Below are positions 25,079 to 38,790 of a stretch of 64,000 bases of DNA, in pieces; position 1 is the first letter of the stretch; each line of letters starts with the position of its first letter. The translations under genes were made by a program, and so were the position numbers. Below the pieces are notes generated by a model that did no database searches, was not told the DNA's origin, and worked only from the letters and a program-made list of their open reading frames with translations. Origin of the DNA: Paramecium tetraurelia (lineage: Eukaryota); the NCBI GenBank assembly GCA_000165425.1, contig CT868463.1:310001-374000 (forward strand). The letters run 5' to 3'.

Positions 25079-25338
25079 TATAAATAATGTTCTTAATAAT
25101 ATTAATAATTAAATTTATATAGCTGTTAATATTAGTGTTTATTTAGTTTATACATTTCTTGAAAAAACTGAATAAATAAATTAGACTTGATAGTGAATTC
25201 AATTATTCAAATTTGAACAAAGCTGTGATAAATTGAAATTGTTTTATGCATGTATACTTTATAACGCGATGTATATATATATAACTCAATAAATAATTGA
25301 GCTTCTCATTCTTGTGAGATGAGAAAATGAGAAGCAAT

Positions 25339-26092
25339 TCAAGAATATATTATTTGATATCTATTCTATTCTCCCAAGTATTTCCTTTTTATGAAACTAT
25401 AAAATCTATTCTTAACATGATTCTCCTATAAAAATAGAAAACATTAAATTACAGGTCTTCCATTTAGATGATTCGAAATTTTCGTCCATCTAGGGCCATT
25501 GATTATGTACTAATCCAAAATGAACATATCCTCTTCGTAAGTCCAAGGCTACTTCTTTATGGATTAATCCAATTTGTTTATAAATCTATCTCTAGCTTAT
25601 TTGCCTGTAATGTTGCCGAAACCTAAATTAGATAATCAAACTACATTTTGCAATCTTCATCCATTACTTTCCTAAATCTTAAACCAACTACTTTAATTTA
25701 TCATCCTCCTCCTGAGTCCAGATATGTCTTGTCTATTAATTAAATAATTTAATAAAAATACATCTTTGGGTGGATTAATTCTTCTCCATCTTTATTGACA
25801 CTAAGAAGCATTCCTTTGAGGCATGTGCTTCGCGATTTCATTCCATTTTCCTTGGAATTGAACAAATAAATATCTGAGTCTCTAATCCTCCTCATCATTC
25901 CAAATTTTTTATTTCCTTTTGTTTTGCTCTTATTAAAGAGATGTGTCATCCTCTTTAATTTTATAGTTCATTTCTTGATCCTCCTTATCTTAAAATTATA
26001 GGCATTCTTTTGTATTGAATGACACTGTTGGGTTAAATTAATAAAAAAATAGTACAGTGATAATTTGATTCAAAATCTGAAAATGGTTCCAT
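25339..26092 (-). CDS. Myb-domain transcription factor (three repeats, divergent)
   Basis: WNDEED...RNASQCQQRW, WTQEED...GKQARDRF, WTYEED...GRPENHVKNRF. Confidence 0.9.
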
Positions 26093-26751
26093 CTCAATTG
26101 ATTGAGGAGATAAGATATTCTCTTAGGAAACGATTTCATCTTAGAAAATTGAATCCTTGGCTGTGTTTGAAAACATGAATATTTTATTACTAAAATTACA
26201 TAATTGAAATAGATTAATAGTGAAAAAAACAAAGCAAATAAACTGAAATGCATAATAAAAATATTTATTTTATAACTTCACTTTACTTAACTAAGGGAAA
26301 GGACAGTTATTATGTCTTAGATTCCCACTCAATCTACTTGGATTAACTATAAATAACTCCAAATTTCGTATGGGATATTGTCAACTAATTTTTTTGTATT
26401 TTCCTAAAGAAAATCAATTTAAATGTATCTTCTCTATTCAAATCCTTATGTTGAGCTTAATTTTTAGTTCCGTTTCTTAAAGACAATCTTATTTGGATAT
26501 TAGACTTATATATTATGGTTGTTTTTGACAATATTAAACTTTTCATTTAATTTAGGCATCATGGGCTCAGAATGTATTTATTAGTATAATTAGTTTATTT
26601 TAGAAATCCATTAGTAAGTTTGGAGGATTTCATTTAGTGTTGTTATGAAAAATTATAATTATATCTTAAAATAACTGTAATTTAATTTTCTAAATTTAAA
26701 TAGCATTTTCATGAATATACTAAGGAGAATATATATGTGATTATAAATATA

Positions 26752-28015
26752 TCATTTGTAACTATATTATTTATTGAAATCAAGATCCATATTAGTTAAT
26801 TCACTCAATTATTTGAATAATACTTAACAAGAATCTCTATTAATTTATAATATAGTGTCTTACATCATTTAAGCATCTTTGACTAATAAATTTGGATAAA
26901 CGATGCTCAAATTTTTGGGTGTTTATTCAGATTCTAAAATTTAACTTAATTTTTACTTGGAGTAGTATTGGAGTATGGAGTTTAGAAATTTAATTATCTA
27001 GACACTGGATCTCTCTTTATTAATTTTTCAGGTGTTTTATAATACATGATTCTCCTTTATACTTATCTTCTAGGTACTCCTTTAACTAAGGTCTCATCTT
27101 ATCTTGGAAGCACTTAAAGATCTTCCCATCTATTTTGCATTTTCAATCTTCTTTTTAAAGTGCTATTCCAGTGATTTTTTATGGAATTATCAGTCCTGCC
27201 TTTTAAGAGTCCAGCAATTAATGACCATCTATTGCCTAATTTTTTATGTGCTTCAATTATTGTTTAATCTTCTTCATCTGTCCATCTTTCTTTATTAATT
27301 TTAGGATCTAAGTGATTGTGAAATCTAGGTCATATAAAAATTAGTACCTCTCTCTACATTATTTTCCAATTCTACCTGGCAAGTGTTTTGCAATTTAACT
27401 CCAATTTTTAGGTCCACAATTTGTTACTAATTTTATTAATAATTCATCTTCCTCTTAAGTCCAAGGTCCTTTAACTAAATCAGGATTTAACACTTTTTGC
27501 CATCTATGTAAACATTACACATCTGTTCTTTCTTCAAAGTAAGATGCTATTTTTTTCCAATTTTTTGCTCCATGTTATGTTACTAATTCTTTAAGTTATT
27601 GATCTTCTTCTTCAGTCCACCATCTATTATAAATACTAATAAAGTACCTCTTTTTTATAGTTAAGGGAGGATCAATGTTATTGCTATTAAGCAGTGTCTC
27701 AACTTTTGTTTTTATTTCATTGATTTTGTTTCTATTTTTCTTGGGTATTACATCTTCAAGTTGGCTATAATCGAATATAGGTTTGGTTATGGAAGGATCT
27801 TTATCTTCATTTAAGAGATGGAGGATATTTGATTTGGTTGTTAGTAATCCTCTCTATGATTTAGATGGTGATGTATTTGCTAGTATGAAATCCATATCAA
27901 TAGGATTTTATTAGAGGAGATCCTTTAGAAAGGCTATACACATGTTCTTTTCCATTTAAGGCAGAGTGAAACCATTAAGTTCAAATTGAGTTATTAATTG
28001 GTGGGCACTTCTCAT
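26752..28015 (-). CDS. c-Myb-like R1R2R3 (3R-MYB) transcription factor
   Basis: [52 protein letters not shown]. Confidence 0.95.
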
Positions 28016-28828
28016 TAAACAAATAAAAAAATTAATTAAAAAGATTAGATAATAGTGTTTTTTAACGAATTTGATAAAATTTATTAATAAATATATATTA
28101 CACACAAGATTCATTCTTAAGATTTTCTAATTTATCCATATTTTCAATCTTTTAACTTAGCAATAATATTAATAAAATAATATCTATTTAATACTTATCT
28201 ATAATAGAATTAAGTTAACTGTTTACTTCATTGAGGAATTGAAGTTTATCTTGACACTTCTGTATTAATTATTCATTAAATAGAGAAGGCGCATTCTTTA
28301 AGAACTCATAAACGAAGAAACTAGATTTATGTTATTTAAGCGAAGGTCTAAACAAATAATTAAGACTTTTAATAATTCAGATCCTTTATAACTATAATTG
28401 GTTAATTTAAACTAAATCATTGGAAAGGGTAAATTGAGAATCAACTTAAATTCAATTTTTTTGCTTAATATAACTAGTTTAATAAAAAGTTAAAAATATC
28501 TAAAATATGAATCTACTTTTATTAAAATACAAGAACAAACATTATATGTTCCAAAAAGATATATTTCAAGACCTTATTCTAAAAATGAATGACTTTAATA
28601 ATATATTCTAACAAAATCTAAAGAAAACTATTTTATGATGATTTTGGATAAATTATTAGACCCTTAACTATAATTAGTTTAGATGAGTTTTATATTCTTT
28701 TATTTTAAATCTTAACATATAAATATAATAAAAATAATTATATATTTGATAGGATTATTAGAGAAGAGTTAACATTAATGTTTGAATCTATTTGATAGAA
28801 TATTCAATATAGCTTTATAAATTCTATA

Positions 28829-30976
28829 TCATTCTAATTTAACAATCATGGCTCCTGCCTCTATAAATTAACCTTCCTTATATCTTATCTCTTTAACTTC
28901 CCCATCTATGGCAGCTTTAATTGTATGTTCCATTTTCATAGCTTCCATGATAATTAAGATATCACCTTTAATAATTATAGAGTATATACCTCTTTTTACT
29001 TTTTATCCAACCTTTACATTAACCTTGGTCAGAGTGCAAGGCATAGGAGCAACAATTTCTTTATTATTGCCATGTCCATGTTGATCCGATTTGACCTTCT
29101 TGACTTCATCAGAAGAGACAGTAATTGAGATAGGATCACCTTCGGCATCAAAAATTAACAGGTTTTCATTATTTCTTATTGTTCTAATAAAAATGCCTTA
29201 ATTGGTTTCAAAAATTAATAAATTATTATGTTCTTAACTTTTAGTTACTTTATTCACTACAATCTTTTAACCTTTAATTTCTAATTCATGAGTGTTTCCA
29301 TTAATGTTATGAGTAATCTTAATCTCCTTTTAATGTGCATATGAAGCACTTTAAATATGCAATGATAATTTATTATGAATTTGAGCGCCATTTCTGAAAT
29401 TTAATAGTGATTTAGGTAACTGAACTGAATTTAGGAAATGTCTACCAGCAATAGCTAGAGCAATATCGATAGGATTGTAATGGTCTTTTAATTTTAATAA
29501 AGTGTCTTAGTTTTTACCAATGAAGGAGGTATCATATTACTGATTTACATATTCTGGATGTTAAAGAACAGTTTTTAAAAATGAAATGTTATTAGGTAAG
29601 CCATGAATCTGAAAGAATAATGGTAAAGATTACTTAATAATTTTACAAGGCATTTAAAAGAGTTTAGATAGCCAATTGCCTATTCTCTCCATATACAACC
29701 AACTTAGCAATCATGGGATCATAGAAAATTGAAATGGTATCTCCTTCTCTTACACCAGTTTCAATTCTAACAGATTGAGATGCTTTTGGTTCTGAATAAT
29801 GATCAAGTTTGCCACTCCCTGGTAAAAAGTTGTTATTAGGACTCTCTGAATAGATACGAGCTTCAAATGGAAATGACCTTTTCTTTTAATTTATTCTTGA
29901 GTTAATGGTAGTTGTTCTCCACTTGCAACTCTAAGTTACCATTCAACTAAATCAACCCCAGTAATCATTTCTGTAATTGGATGTTCAACTTACAATCTTG
30001 TGTTCATTTCCATAAAGTAGAATTTACTTGAATCCAAATCAAATATAAACTCTACTGTTCCTGCATTTGAGTATTTGACTGCTCTAGCAGCTGCTTTGGC
30101 TTTCTAATTTATGGATTAAATCATACTTCTCCAATATCATATCGTATTTTCTCATCCAAGGCAGAAGGAGCTTCTTCTATAACCCTTTTAATGTCTTCTT
30201 TATATTGAGCAATCCCTTTCAAATAAATGAACATAATTGTTATGCTTATCACCAAAGATCTGAACCTCAATGTGTCTAGGCTTTTCAATGTATTTTTCAA
30301 CAAGCACTCTTTCGTCTTTGAAACTCTTTAAGGCTTCTCTTTTGGCTCCTTCCAAAGCCTCCAGGAACTCAGACTTCTATCTAACAATTCTCATTCCTTT
30401 TCCTCCTCCACCCATAACAGCTTTTATTAAAACTGGGAACCCTATTTTCTCAGCCTCTTGAAGAAGACTAATCTCTTTACAATCATAAATACAAATTGGG
30501 ATCTTAGGTTTCACCATGATAACCTGGAACAACTGGAACTTTTGCATCTGTCATGATTATTTTTGACTCGCTTTTAGATCCCATCTTTCTGATAGCATCA
30601 GCACTGGGTCCTACAAATATCTGCAAAATTTAAAGTAACTTATACAAGATCATTTTTTTGACAATCTTCAGAAAATTGTGCATTCTCTGAAAGAAATCCA
30701 AATCCTGGATGAATAGCTTGACTCTTTGTGCTTAAGGCAACATCAATAATTTTGTCACTTCTTAAATATGATTGCACTAACATATATTAACCCATAGTTA
30801 CAAGCTTAAGGAGGACCTATATTATAAGCTTCATCAGCCATCTCAACAAATAAAGTGTTTTTGTCAATATCACTATACACCGCCACGGTTTTTATACCCA
30901 TTTTCTTGGCTGTCCTCATTACTCTACAAGCAATCTCTCCTCTATTAGCAACAAGTAATTTATTGATATATGACAT
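28829..30976 (-). CDS. MCCC1: 3-methylcrotonyl-CoA carboxylase alpha (biotin carboxylase + BCCP), with two apparent frameshifts
   Basis: [57 protein letters not shown]; frame breaks at about 30184 and about 29869. Confidence 0.88.
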
Positions 30977-32005
30977 CTGAATTTAATATTAATTTTTGTT
31001 TATGATTAAATTTTAAATGCCAAAGTAAGTTGATAATCTACATGCAATTTAAAATTAACATAGCTTAACTAAGAATGACTCAATCATAATTCAGCGATTC
31101 AAAATTGTCAAGTCGTTAGCAAAGAGTCATAGGATGAAAATTGTAATTTACAAACTATATTTCTAAGAGAATATTCATTTTATGAGAGCTTTTGCTTTCA
31201 TAATCTTCTGTTTCTGTGAAAGTAACATATTTTTTGAACTTTAAAATATACTTAAAGATCTAAAATAAAATATATTCATTAGCTAATATAATTATTTAAT
31301 AAAAGAACTCTTGTGTTCATATTACGAACATGATATTTAAATTATATTGATATCCTATTATTTTCAATTCCTTGATCCATTTGATAACTAAATGTGGCAT
31401 ATCCTTATAGAAATCTACCAACTTTATCATGTATATAAAAAATCATAGTTTTTTTTATAAATTAATTGATTATCAAGTAATTAACTTATGAAATAAGCAT
31501 TTTCTCATCTAGAGAAACAAATTTACATTCATAACTTTAGGCTCAATATGGATTGGCTGATAATTTTAAACAAAAGATCTTACAACATTAAAGACCTATG
31601 ATATTGTAAGAAGATTAACTAGAATTTGATTGCATCTCAATTTTAGTGCTTCTGTTTAATTGTATTGTCATTAGTGGTATTATTATCTAAGGATATTAAT
31701 TATTTATATTATAGAAATTAACAGTCAATAAAATTAATATTTATTAATTATTATTGATTAATAAAAATGTAGTCATATTAACAAGATAATCACAAAGGAA
31801 ATTATTTTTTTATCTTGTTACAAACGTACATTACACATCTTTATTGTCATTATCATTAAATTAATGGAAAGATCTTTGGCTCTCTTTTTTTTGGATTAAT
31901 GACATTTATTTCAAATAGATCCATTTTTTAACCCCATTTATAAATATAATAAATTATATATGTTATTTATATAGTATTATGAAGTTAACAAATAATTAAG
32001 TTTTA

Positions 32006-33596
32006 TCAAAACTAAATGCTTATTTTTAACTTCTAATTTGAAAAATAACTTTGACCCATCTTTAATTTCTCTATATGAGTTATATCAACTGAGTCTACTA
32101 TATAGTCTAATTTAAATTCATCAATTTATTTTAAGTTATTAGAATTACCAACTAAAGTTAGCTTTTTAAGATTTTAAGGAGAAGAACTAAATAGATGTAT
32201 GGCATAATTCAATTCAAGATCTCTGTCCATCTCTAAGCTTGCATGAACATTAATCTTATTGAAGTTTTTGCTCATTTCATATTGCTATTTAGAAAGGATG
32301 GCCTTAGGTAACTTTATTGTTTAATAGAGCTCCGTCTGAAAAAACGGATGAGCGAGAGCTTATGCAACGGTGATTCTATCTTTTGGATACTTTTTAGTCA
32401 TTAATAAAATCAAATGTTCTACTGTTAATAGATTGATTAAAGTATTTACATTCTTAAGGGTAATTGGAATTAGGGAATTCAAAATACGCATCTGCATTTC
32501 TCTTGAGTGTTTACTTCTAATCCTGAGTTTTGAATGGGTTGTATCCATAGATTCTAAAATTATTTAAATATAAATACATAACAAAAAGGGTAATACCAAA
32601 ACTGAAGATATCACACTTTCCACTGTATTATTTTTTGGTTTCATCAAATCTTATTATTTCCGGAGCTGAATAGCTAAAAAATAAACCTGAATATTACCCA
32701 GGAGATCCACAAGATGGAAATGGCAATTCCTTTTTTTCAGTACTAACAGCCAGTCCAAAGTCGATAAGAATTGGTTAAGAAAGCTGGCCATTTTTTAATA
32801 GGATATTTTATGGTTTAATGTCTCTATGCATGATGTTGTGTTAATGTATTTCTTTGATTGCCAATAGCATTTGACGAATGAAGCATTTCAGTTCGTTACC
32901 TTAAAAGACAAGTTTGCTGGTAGCTTTTGCGATTAATTCATAGCCCTAAATAAATTCAGTAACTAAATATAATTTTTCAGCTGTTTCATAAACTCGATGT
33001 AGCTTTAGAATGCTTGCATGGTCCATTTCTCTTAAACTTGAAATCTCGCTTAACAACTGCTCTTCGTATTACTAATTAATTGCGAATGATTTTTATTTCT
33101 TCTTATGTATTGCCTTAATTGCGAAAACATCTCCTTCTTTGTTTCTGCCCTCATAGACCTTATAAGAATACAAAAGTACTGTTGAGAAGCTTCCATTTCC
33201 AATCAGATTTCCCAATGTAATATCCTCATGAAATGTTGAAAGTATGCAACAATTTGATAGAAGTTTGGCCCATGTCTCAAATTGGTTTACGTCATCGGTG
33301 TATAACACAATTTGAAGTCCATTCTTTTTTAGATATATTTAACATTCTGAATTAGATATTTAAAATGATGCATAGACTCCATCCAATCTAACACTGCCTT
33401 TGAAGTGCTAGCAATTCCCAATATTTGAATATAACAAGTATTGGCGAATTAGGATGTACTTTCGCAAACATTTCTGGCCCAATCGTTTGCCAAATTTATA
33501 GAAATTTGAGATTAAACCATTCCTCATCTCATTCTGATCAAATTCAGGAATATTTTAGTTATTCCAAAATTTTCCATTATTCATTTGACAAATCAT
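32006..33596 (-). CDS. Ser/Thr kinase (CAMK-like) with an N-terminal PH-like region
   Basis: IGNGSFSTV, FAIK, MHRDIKPQNI, LIDFGLA, CGSPGYSAPE. Confidence 0.9.
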
Positions 33597-33992
33597 CCAA
33601 TTTGATCTTATCTAATAATAATAATAATCAAATGAATATCGATATCAAAATAAGATTCATCATTTCTTTTGATTAATAAATTAATAATATTGATTCATTT
33701 TACTTGCTTAATGTTGATTACTAAATAAATAGATCCACTATCGAAGGAATAAAATTTCGATTCTGAATAATACATTAATAAATATAATATTAATTTTGAA
33801 TATAATACAGTGTTGATAATTTCTTTAATATTGTCTATTTAATTTAAAAAGGATCAATAATAAAAGAGTGAGCTTTTATGAAAAACTAATACACAATTAT
33901 AATTTCAATTTGGTTTTTAGTTTAAATACTACAATTCATCTTATTATAATTGATTCAGAATATTGAAATAAAATTACATTTTTTATTTAATA

Positions 33993-34763
33993 ATGGACGA
34001 CGAATAATAGGAGAAATAGCATCTGGCAAATGATGGTAGATAGATGACTCTCATCGATTAAATCATTAGGAATAAAGTGTTCAATTGCAGATATTGGAAG
34101 GAAGATTGTTTTGGTTTAACAGCAGTAACATTAGTTGATAAGGCATGCAAATTGGATTGTGTAGGTAAATATTGCAATTGTACATATAAAGGTGCTACAT
34201 ACTCAGGCACTGGAAAGCCTGTGCCATTCCTTTGTTTATTGATGAAGCTATTGTAAATCAATCCAGATAAAGAAATTATTATTGAATTTCTTAAAAGCAA
34301 AGATTACAAATACATAAGTGCTTTGGCTATGTTTTATATCAGATTGACTTCAAAACCAAAGGAAGCATATCCAACTATAGAATAGTTTTATGCAGATTTT
34401 AGAAAAATCAGAATCAGAAATTTGGATGGTACGTTTGCAATTTGGCATATGGATGAATTAGCAGAGAAGCTTTTAAGTGAGGAAATTATTTTTGGAATAT
34501 CCTTGCCCAGATTCCAGAAAAGGTGGATTTTGGAAGAATTAGGGTAATTGGAGCCAAGGAAGAGTGTGTTGGAGGAGGAATTGCAGAATTAGGAACAGGA
34601 ACAGGTGCAAGTTGCAGAACAATAGAATTAAGAAAAGGACTAGGAGTAGGGTTAAGAACAAAAGGAGGAGGGAGAGCAGAAAAGGTCAAGAAGCAGAAGT
34701 AGGAGTAGGAGTCACAAGAAACATAAAAAACATCACAAACATCATTCTCATCATAGAAAGTGA
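33993..34763 (+). CDS. PRP38: Pre-mRNA splicing factor PRP38A
   Basis: YWKEDCFGLTA, KPVPFLCLLMKLLQINP, FYIRLT, HMDE, and an RS/H-rich tail. Confidence 0.93.
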
Positions 34764-34813
34764 TACTTATGTTTAAAAATGCTATAATTTCAAATATTAT
34801 TTACTATCAATAA

Positions 34814-36105
34814 ATGTCATACCGAGAACTACGCAACTTCTGCGAATAGATGAGGGCTTTGGGATATCACCGAATCATATCGATGGAGAACTTTAGAAGG
34901 CCTAATTTTGAATTGGTTGCTGATATCTTATATTGGTTAGCCTTGAAGTATGACCCGAATACAGACATCTCAGACAATATCGATGAGGAAGTACTCAATG
35001 TAAATTAACAAATAGCGTCATCGAGTTGAGTTTATAAAACAGATTACTACTCTTTTTGTAAGTAAAGCCAGGCTCAAGATAAATCCAAAGAGGTTATATA
35101 TGGCAGATGTGTATGCAGTTCAAGAAATTTTGAAAATTTCAACTTTTTTATATAAGGCATAAGTCTCCTCGCCTGCAGAAGAAGATGAAGTGCATGATTT
35201 CGTAAAAATATTAATCTGATTCAAAGTCTCTCCCCTCTAAATTAAGTAATATCAAGAGTCATAAGGCTTTGGCATAAGAAATTACTGACTTGGCCACAAG
35301 GTTATATGACTAATTAGGGAAGGAGGATGAAGTGAGAGTGGCTAGAGTATAAATTCAAATTCTATGGATAGGAAAAAGCATTATAGTTCTTATAGAATGT
35401 CTCTAGAGGAGGTAATTCCCAATCAGAGCAATCTTATATTAAAACTTGCATTGATTCTATTTTGAAACAATAAGAAAAAAACATTCAGAATATGTCTATG
35501 TATGTAAGTGGCTTGGAGAGAGATCAAAAGCAAATTGATGAAAAAATCAAGAGAAAGACAAAGGAATTGGAATAGGCAGAAAAGAGATTGAAGGGGATGA
35601 CTAGCGTGAAGCCTGCTTATTAAGAAGAATATGATAGGTAGGAATATGAATTGGAAAAGCTATATTAGGTAAATTTAATACATAAAGCCATTAGATTTAC
35701 GTTGAGAAATTCAGAAATCTTGTATATTTAGAACATGTTTTGGATGCTCAAAATGAATAAGCAGAAATAGAATAGAGAAAGAAGAAGCAATAATTGGAGG
35801 GATTCTAAATTGAAATTCAGAAACAACAAGAAGATGAAATTAAAGGCGGAGATGATGAAGATAACTAGGATTAGTTAGTGTAATTGGGAGGAGACTCTAG
35901 GTTACCATCAAGCAATCAAGAGAAACGAAAAAATGAATTTATGAGATAGTAACAAGGAGGATTTAATAAATAGCAGATGGATGAAGACATAGATGTGGAT
36001 GACATAGATAATTTAAGTGGATGTGAGGATGAAGAAGATGAGGAAGAGGAGGATGAGCAAGATATTGATAATTTGGAAGATGATGGCGAAGATGCAGACT
36101 TTTGA
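34814..36105 (+). CDS. CLUAP1: Clusterin-associated protein 1 / IFT38
   Basis: [57 protein letters not shown], acidic tail. Confidence 0.96.
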
Positions 36106-36142
36106 AAATAACATATTTATTATATGTATAAATATAATTAAA

Positions 36143-36948
36143 ATGGGGGCATGTTCCAATAAGAGTTAAAACTTGAATTAGAAGGAAGAGGTATGTTTTG
36201 AGAATAGTGCAATAGCAAATCACTCAATTATTAGATATTAATAATCCTGGGAATGTAAATCACAGATATGCTTATAATTTTACACTCATTCCAAACAAGT
36301 CGGTTGGAACAGGAATCAAATAAACTAATCAATATTCAACTAGTTTATCCAGAATTGAGTGGGATATGATGTAAAATTAGTTTTGGGGTAGAGTTACAAA
36401 TTATATCAAGATAGTCATAAGGATAGTTCTGAATGGCAACTAATAAGGAAGGCCCTCTCTTAAAAAGATGAATGTATTAGCTTTAATCATACTCCCTTGT
36501 AGCTGCAGCTCTTCAAATTCTTAGTTAGGCCAACTTCAAGTTGATTAGGAATTCCATTTAGTTGTTGGTTCGAAATAGTATAATTGCTATTTAATTAAGA
36601 GCAAACATTTCAAGTCCCGATATTCGTAATTAATGAGCCTACTTTTTACAGCAATTAAAACTTTGAATTGAATTTCGAAACGTCCATCTTAAAAGTAATT
36701 AAGAAAGCTATTTAGGTGAGAGTGCGCAGTAGTAAACTGCCTTAGGATTACGAGATTTCCACTCAGAATACAAGTACAATACAGGAGATCAAGCAAATCC
36801 TATTGGAGGTTACAAAAGAGAAAGCATGCAGATTATTTTTAAATGGAAGAGAGTTGATAGATTAGAATTAGTTAGGAAATTATTCAATAAGTTCAGGAAC
36901 TGTATATATCAATAATTATGCTATTAGGTAATCTAAGCTTTTTTGTGA
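36143..36948 (+). CDS. DC-UbP/UBTD-like protein (ubiquitin-binding domain + C-terminal UBL)
   Basis: MGAC N-terminus, QFWD...WQLIRKA, VPIFVINEP, RLFLNGREL...VIQAFL. Confidence 0.72.
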
Positions 36949-37062
36949 TTATATTTATATTTATTTATATTTTGGATGCTTTGCGAGTCATTTCTCTATT
37001 CACTTTAATTATTAATTTAATAAGGGTATTAATAAATGATTTAATCCATATGTGAATATATT

Positions 37063-38774
37063 TCAGAAATCTTTGAATTGTTAATCGTAATCTTTTTAAG
37101 GTTTTGAGTGATCGTCATCAATGACCTTGTTTGGATCTACATTAGAATATCAATAATAATAGTACCTTCACTCGTGAAATCTTTATCGAAGCCATCCAAC
37201 CACTACTCTCCCTAAACTCTTGGTTTGTAAGGAGTGGGTACTTTTTTTTGAATCAACTATTCCCAATTGATATCTTTGAACCAAGGATGTGCTATCAACT
37301 CTTAGAAATCTCCCTTGGCTCCTAGTCTTGCAAATCGATCTCTTACAAGTAACTGTTTTTATAGTATATTATAGATTTACTCTTGAAATGAAATCTTTAG
37401 CTTCTTTACTGACTTCTGGTCTTTCAGGGAATCTTAGTTCAGCCTCCTTGATCAATTTGAACATAATGGTTTAATTTTTATTGTAAAAGGGAGGCAAACC
37501 ATACATCATTTCGTAAGTAAGGATACCTAAACTCCACCAATCAGCTGTTTTATCACACCCATATCCTAGAATGACTTCTGGACAAAGGTATTCAGGAGTT
37601 CCACAAAAGGTCATTGCCAATTCATTTTTACGTACAATTTTAGCCATTCCGAAATCAGTCAAGAACACATTGCCTACATCATCCATTAAGATGTTTTCCA
37701 ATTTAAGATCACGATAAACAATGTCTTTGGTATGTAGATGTCCTAATCCTAACAATAACTCAGCCACATAAAATTTAGCTCTTTTTTCATCGAATTTTCT
37801 TGCCATTCTCAAATGTTAAAATAATTCACCTCCTTTCATGAATTGCATAATGAAAAACAATTTCTATGGAGTTTGGAATGCATAAGCCAAATTGACCAAA
37901 AATGGATGATTGACATGTTCCAAAATCATTTTTTCTGTTTTGGTGTGTTCAAGTTGGTCCTTCTCTATGATATCTTCCTTTCTGATGGTCTTCATAGCAA
38001 ACCATTCTCCAGTGTCTTTTTTCTCGACCAACATCACTTGCCCAAATGCTCCTCTGCCCAAAACTTTCAGGATTGAGAAGTCATCTAACGTAACCTCCTT
38101 ACCTTTCTCTCTTGCCCATAAGGTTTGCGTTTTCTTTCTGGCATCATCCTTTTCTTTGGTCTCTCCTTCTAAGATTTGGGCAAAAATCTCATTGTCCATA
38201 TATTAGGGTTATTCGGAGGGGATCTTAGAGACATGCTTCTTCTTATCACTTTTTGTAGTGGCATAGTTGTACAAGGATACATCCTCCTTAAAATATCTAT
38301 ACACAATATATATGATGACAATACATTGCTAGTTTGGCTTTAGTGAAGAGACAATAGCCTTCTAAGATCTTGGACACGATTTTATTGCGTCTAAAAAGAG
38401 ATCTCGGTAAATCACTTACTTGTCATAACTGCTATATCTGTAATCGTATTCATCTGGAACATGGATCACGAATTCCGTACCGATGGAGGACAATGTAATG
38501 GCCTTTATCTTGTTGTATGGAATCTTCCTCTTGATGGCTAGCGAATGAGCATTAATAAAGATTATACATGTGCCTTTCAGGTTTATGACATTCTTTGTTG
38601 ACACCAGCAAACTACGTTCTTGTCTCTTCTTGTAATCATTAAACTTAAACAAGTTGCATGACAACAAAATGCGTTCTAGATAGATTATCAAAGCTTATTA
38701 CCATCCTGATCCAACTATTTAGAAAACTTGTCGTTCTCTAAATTGAGTTCATCATTAGGATTATGATTTTACAT
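37063..38774 (-). CDS. AGC-family kinase (Akt/S6K/SGK-like) with an N-terminal PH/TH1-like domain
   Basis: LGRGAFGQV, HPFLVNLAYAFQTP, YRDLKLEN, TFCGTPEY, DWWSLG; N-terminal EFVIHVPDEYDYRY. Confidence 0.95.
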
Positions 38775-38790
38775 AGTATTTATTAAATAA

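Noticed and set aside
26331..26562. Short minus-strand code-6 ORF between the Myb genes
   Set aside because: About 76 codons with no motif; with a single stop codon, such ORFs arise readily by chance
30175..30195. Euplotes-type programmed +1 frameshift in MCC-alpha
   Set aside because: That mechanism needs AAA followed by a true stop codon. Here TAA is Gln, the context is TAA AAG G, and a second unrelated indel exists.
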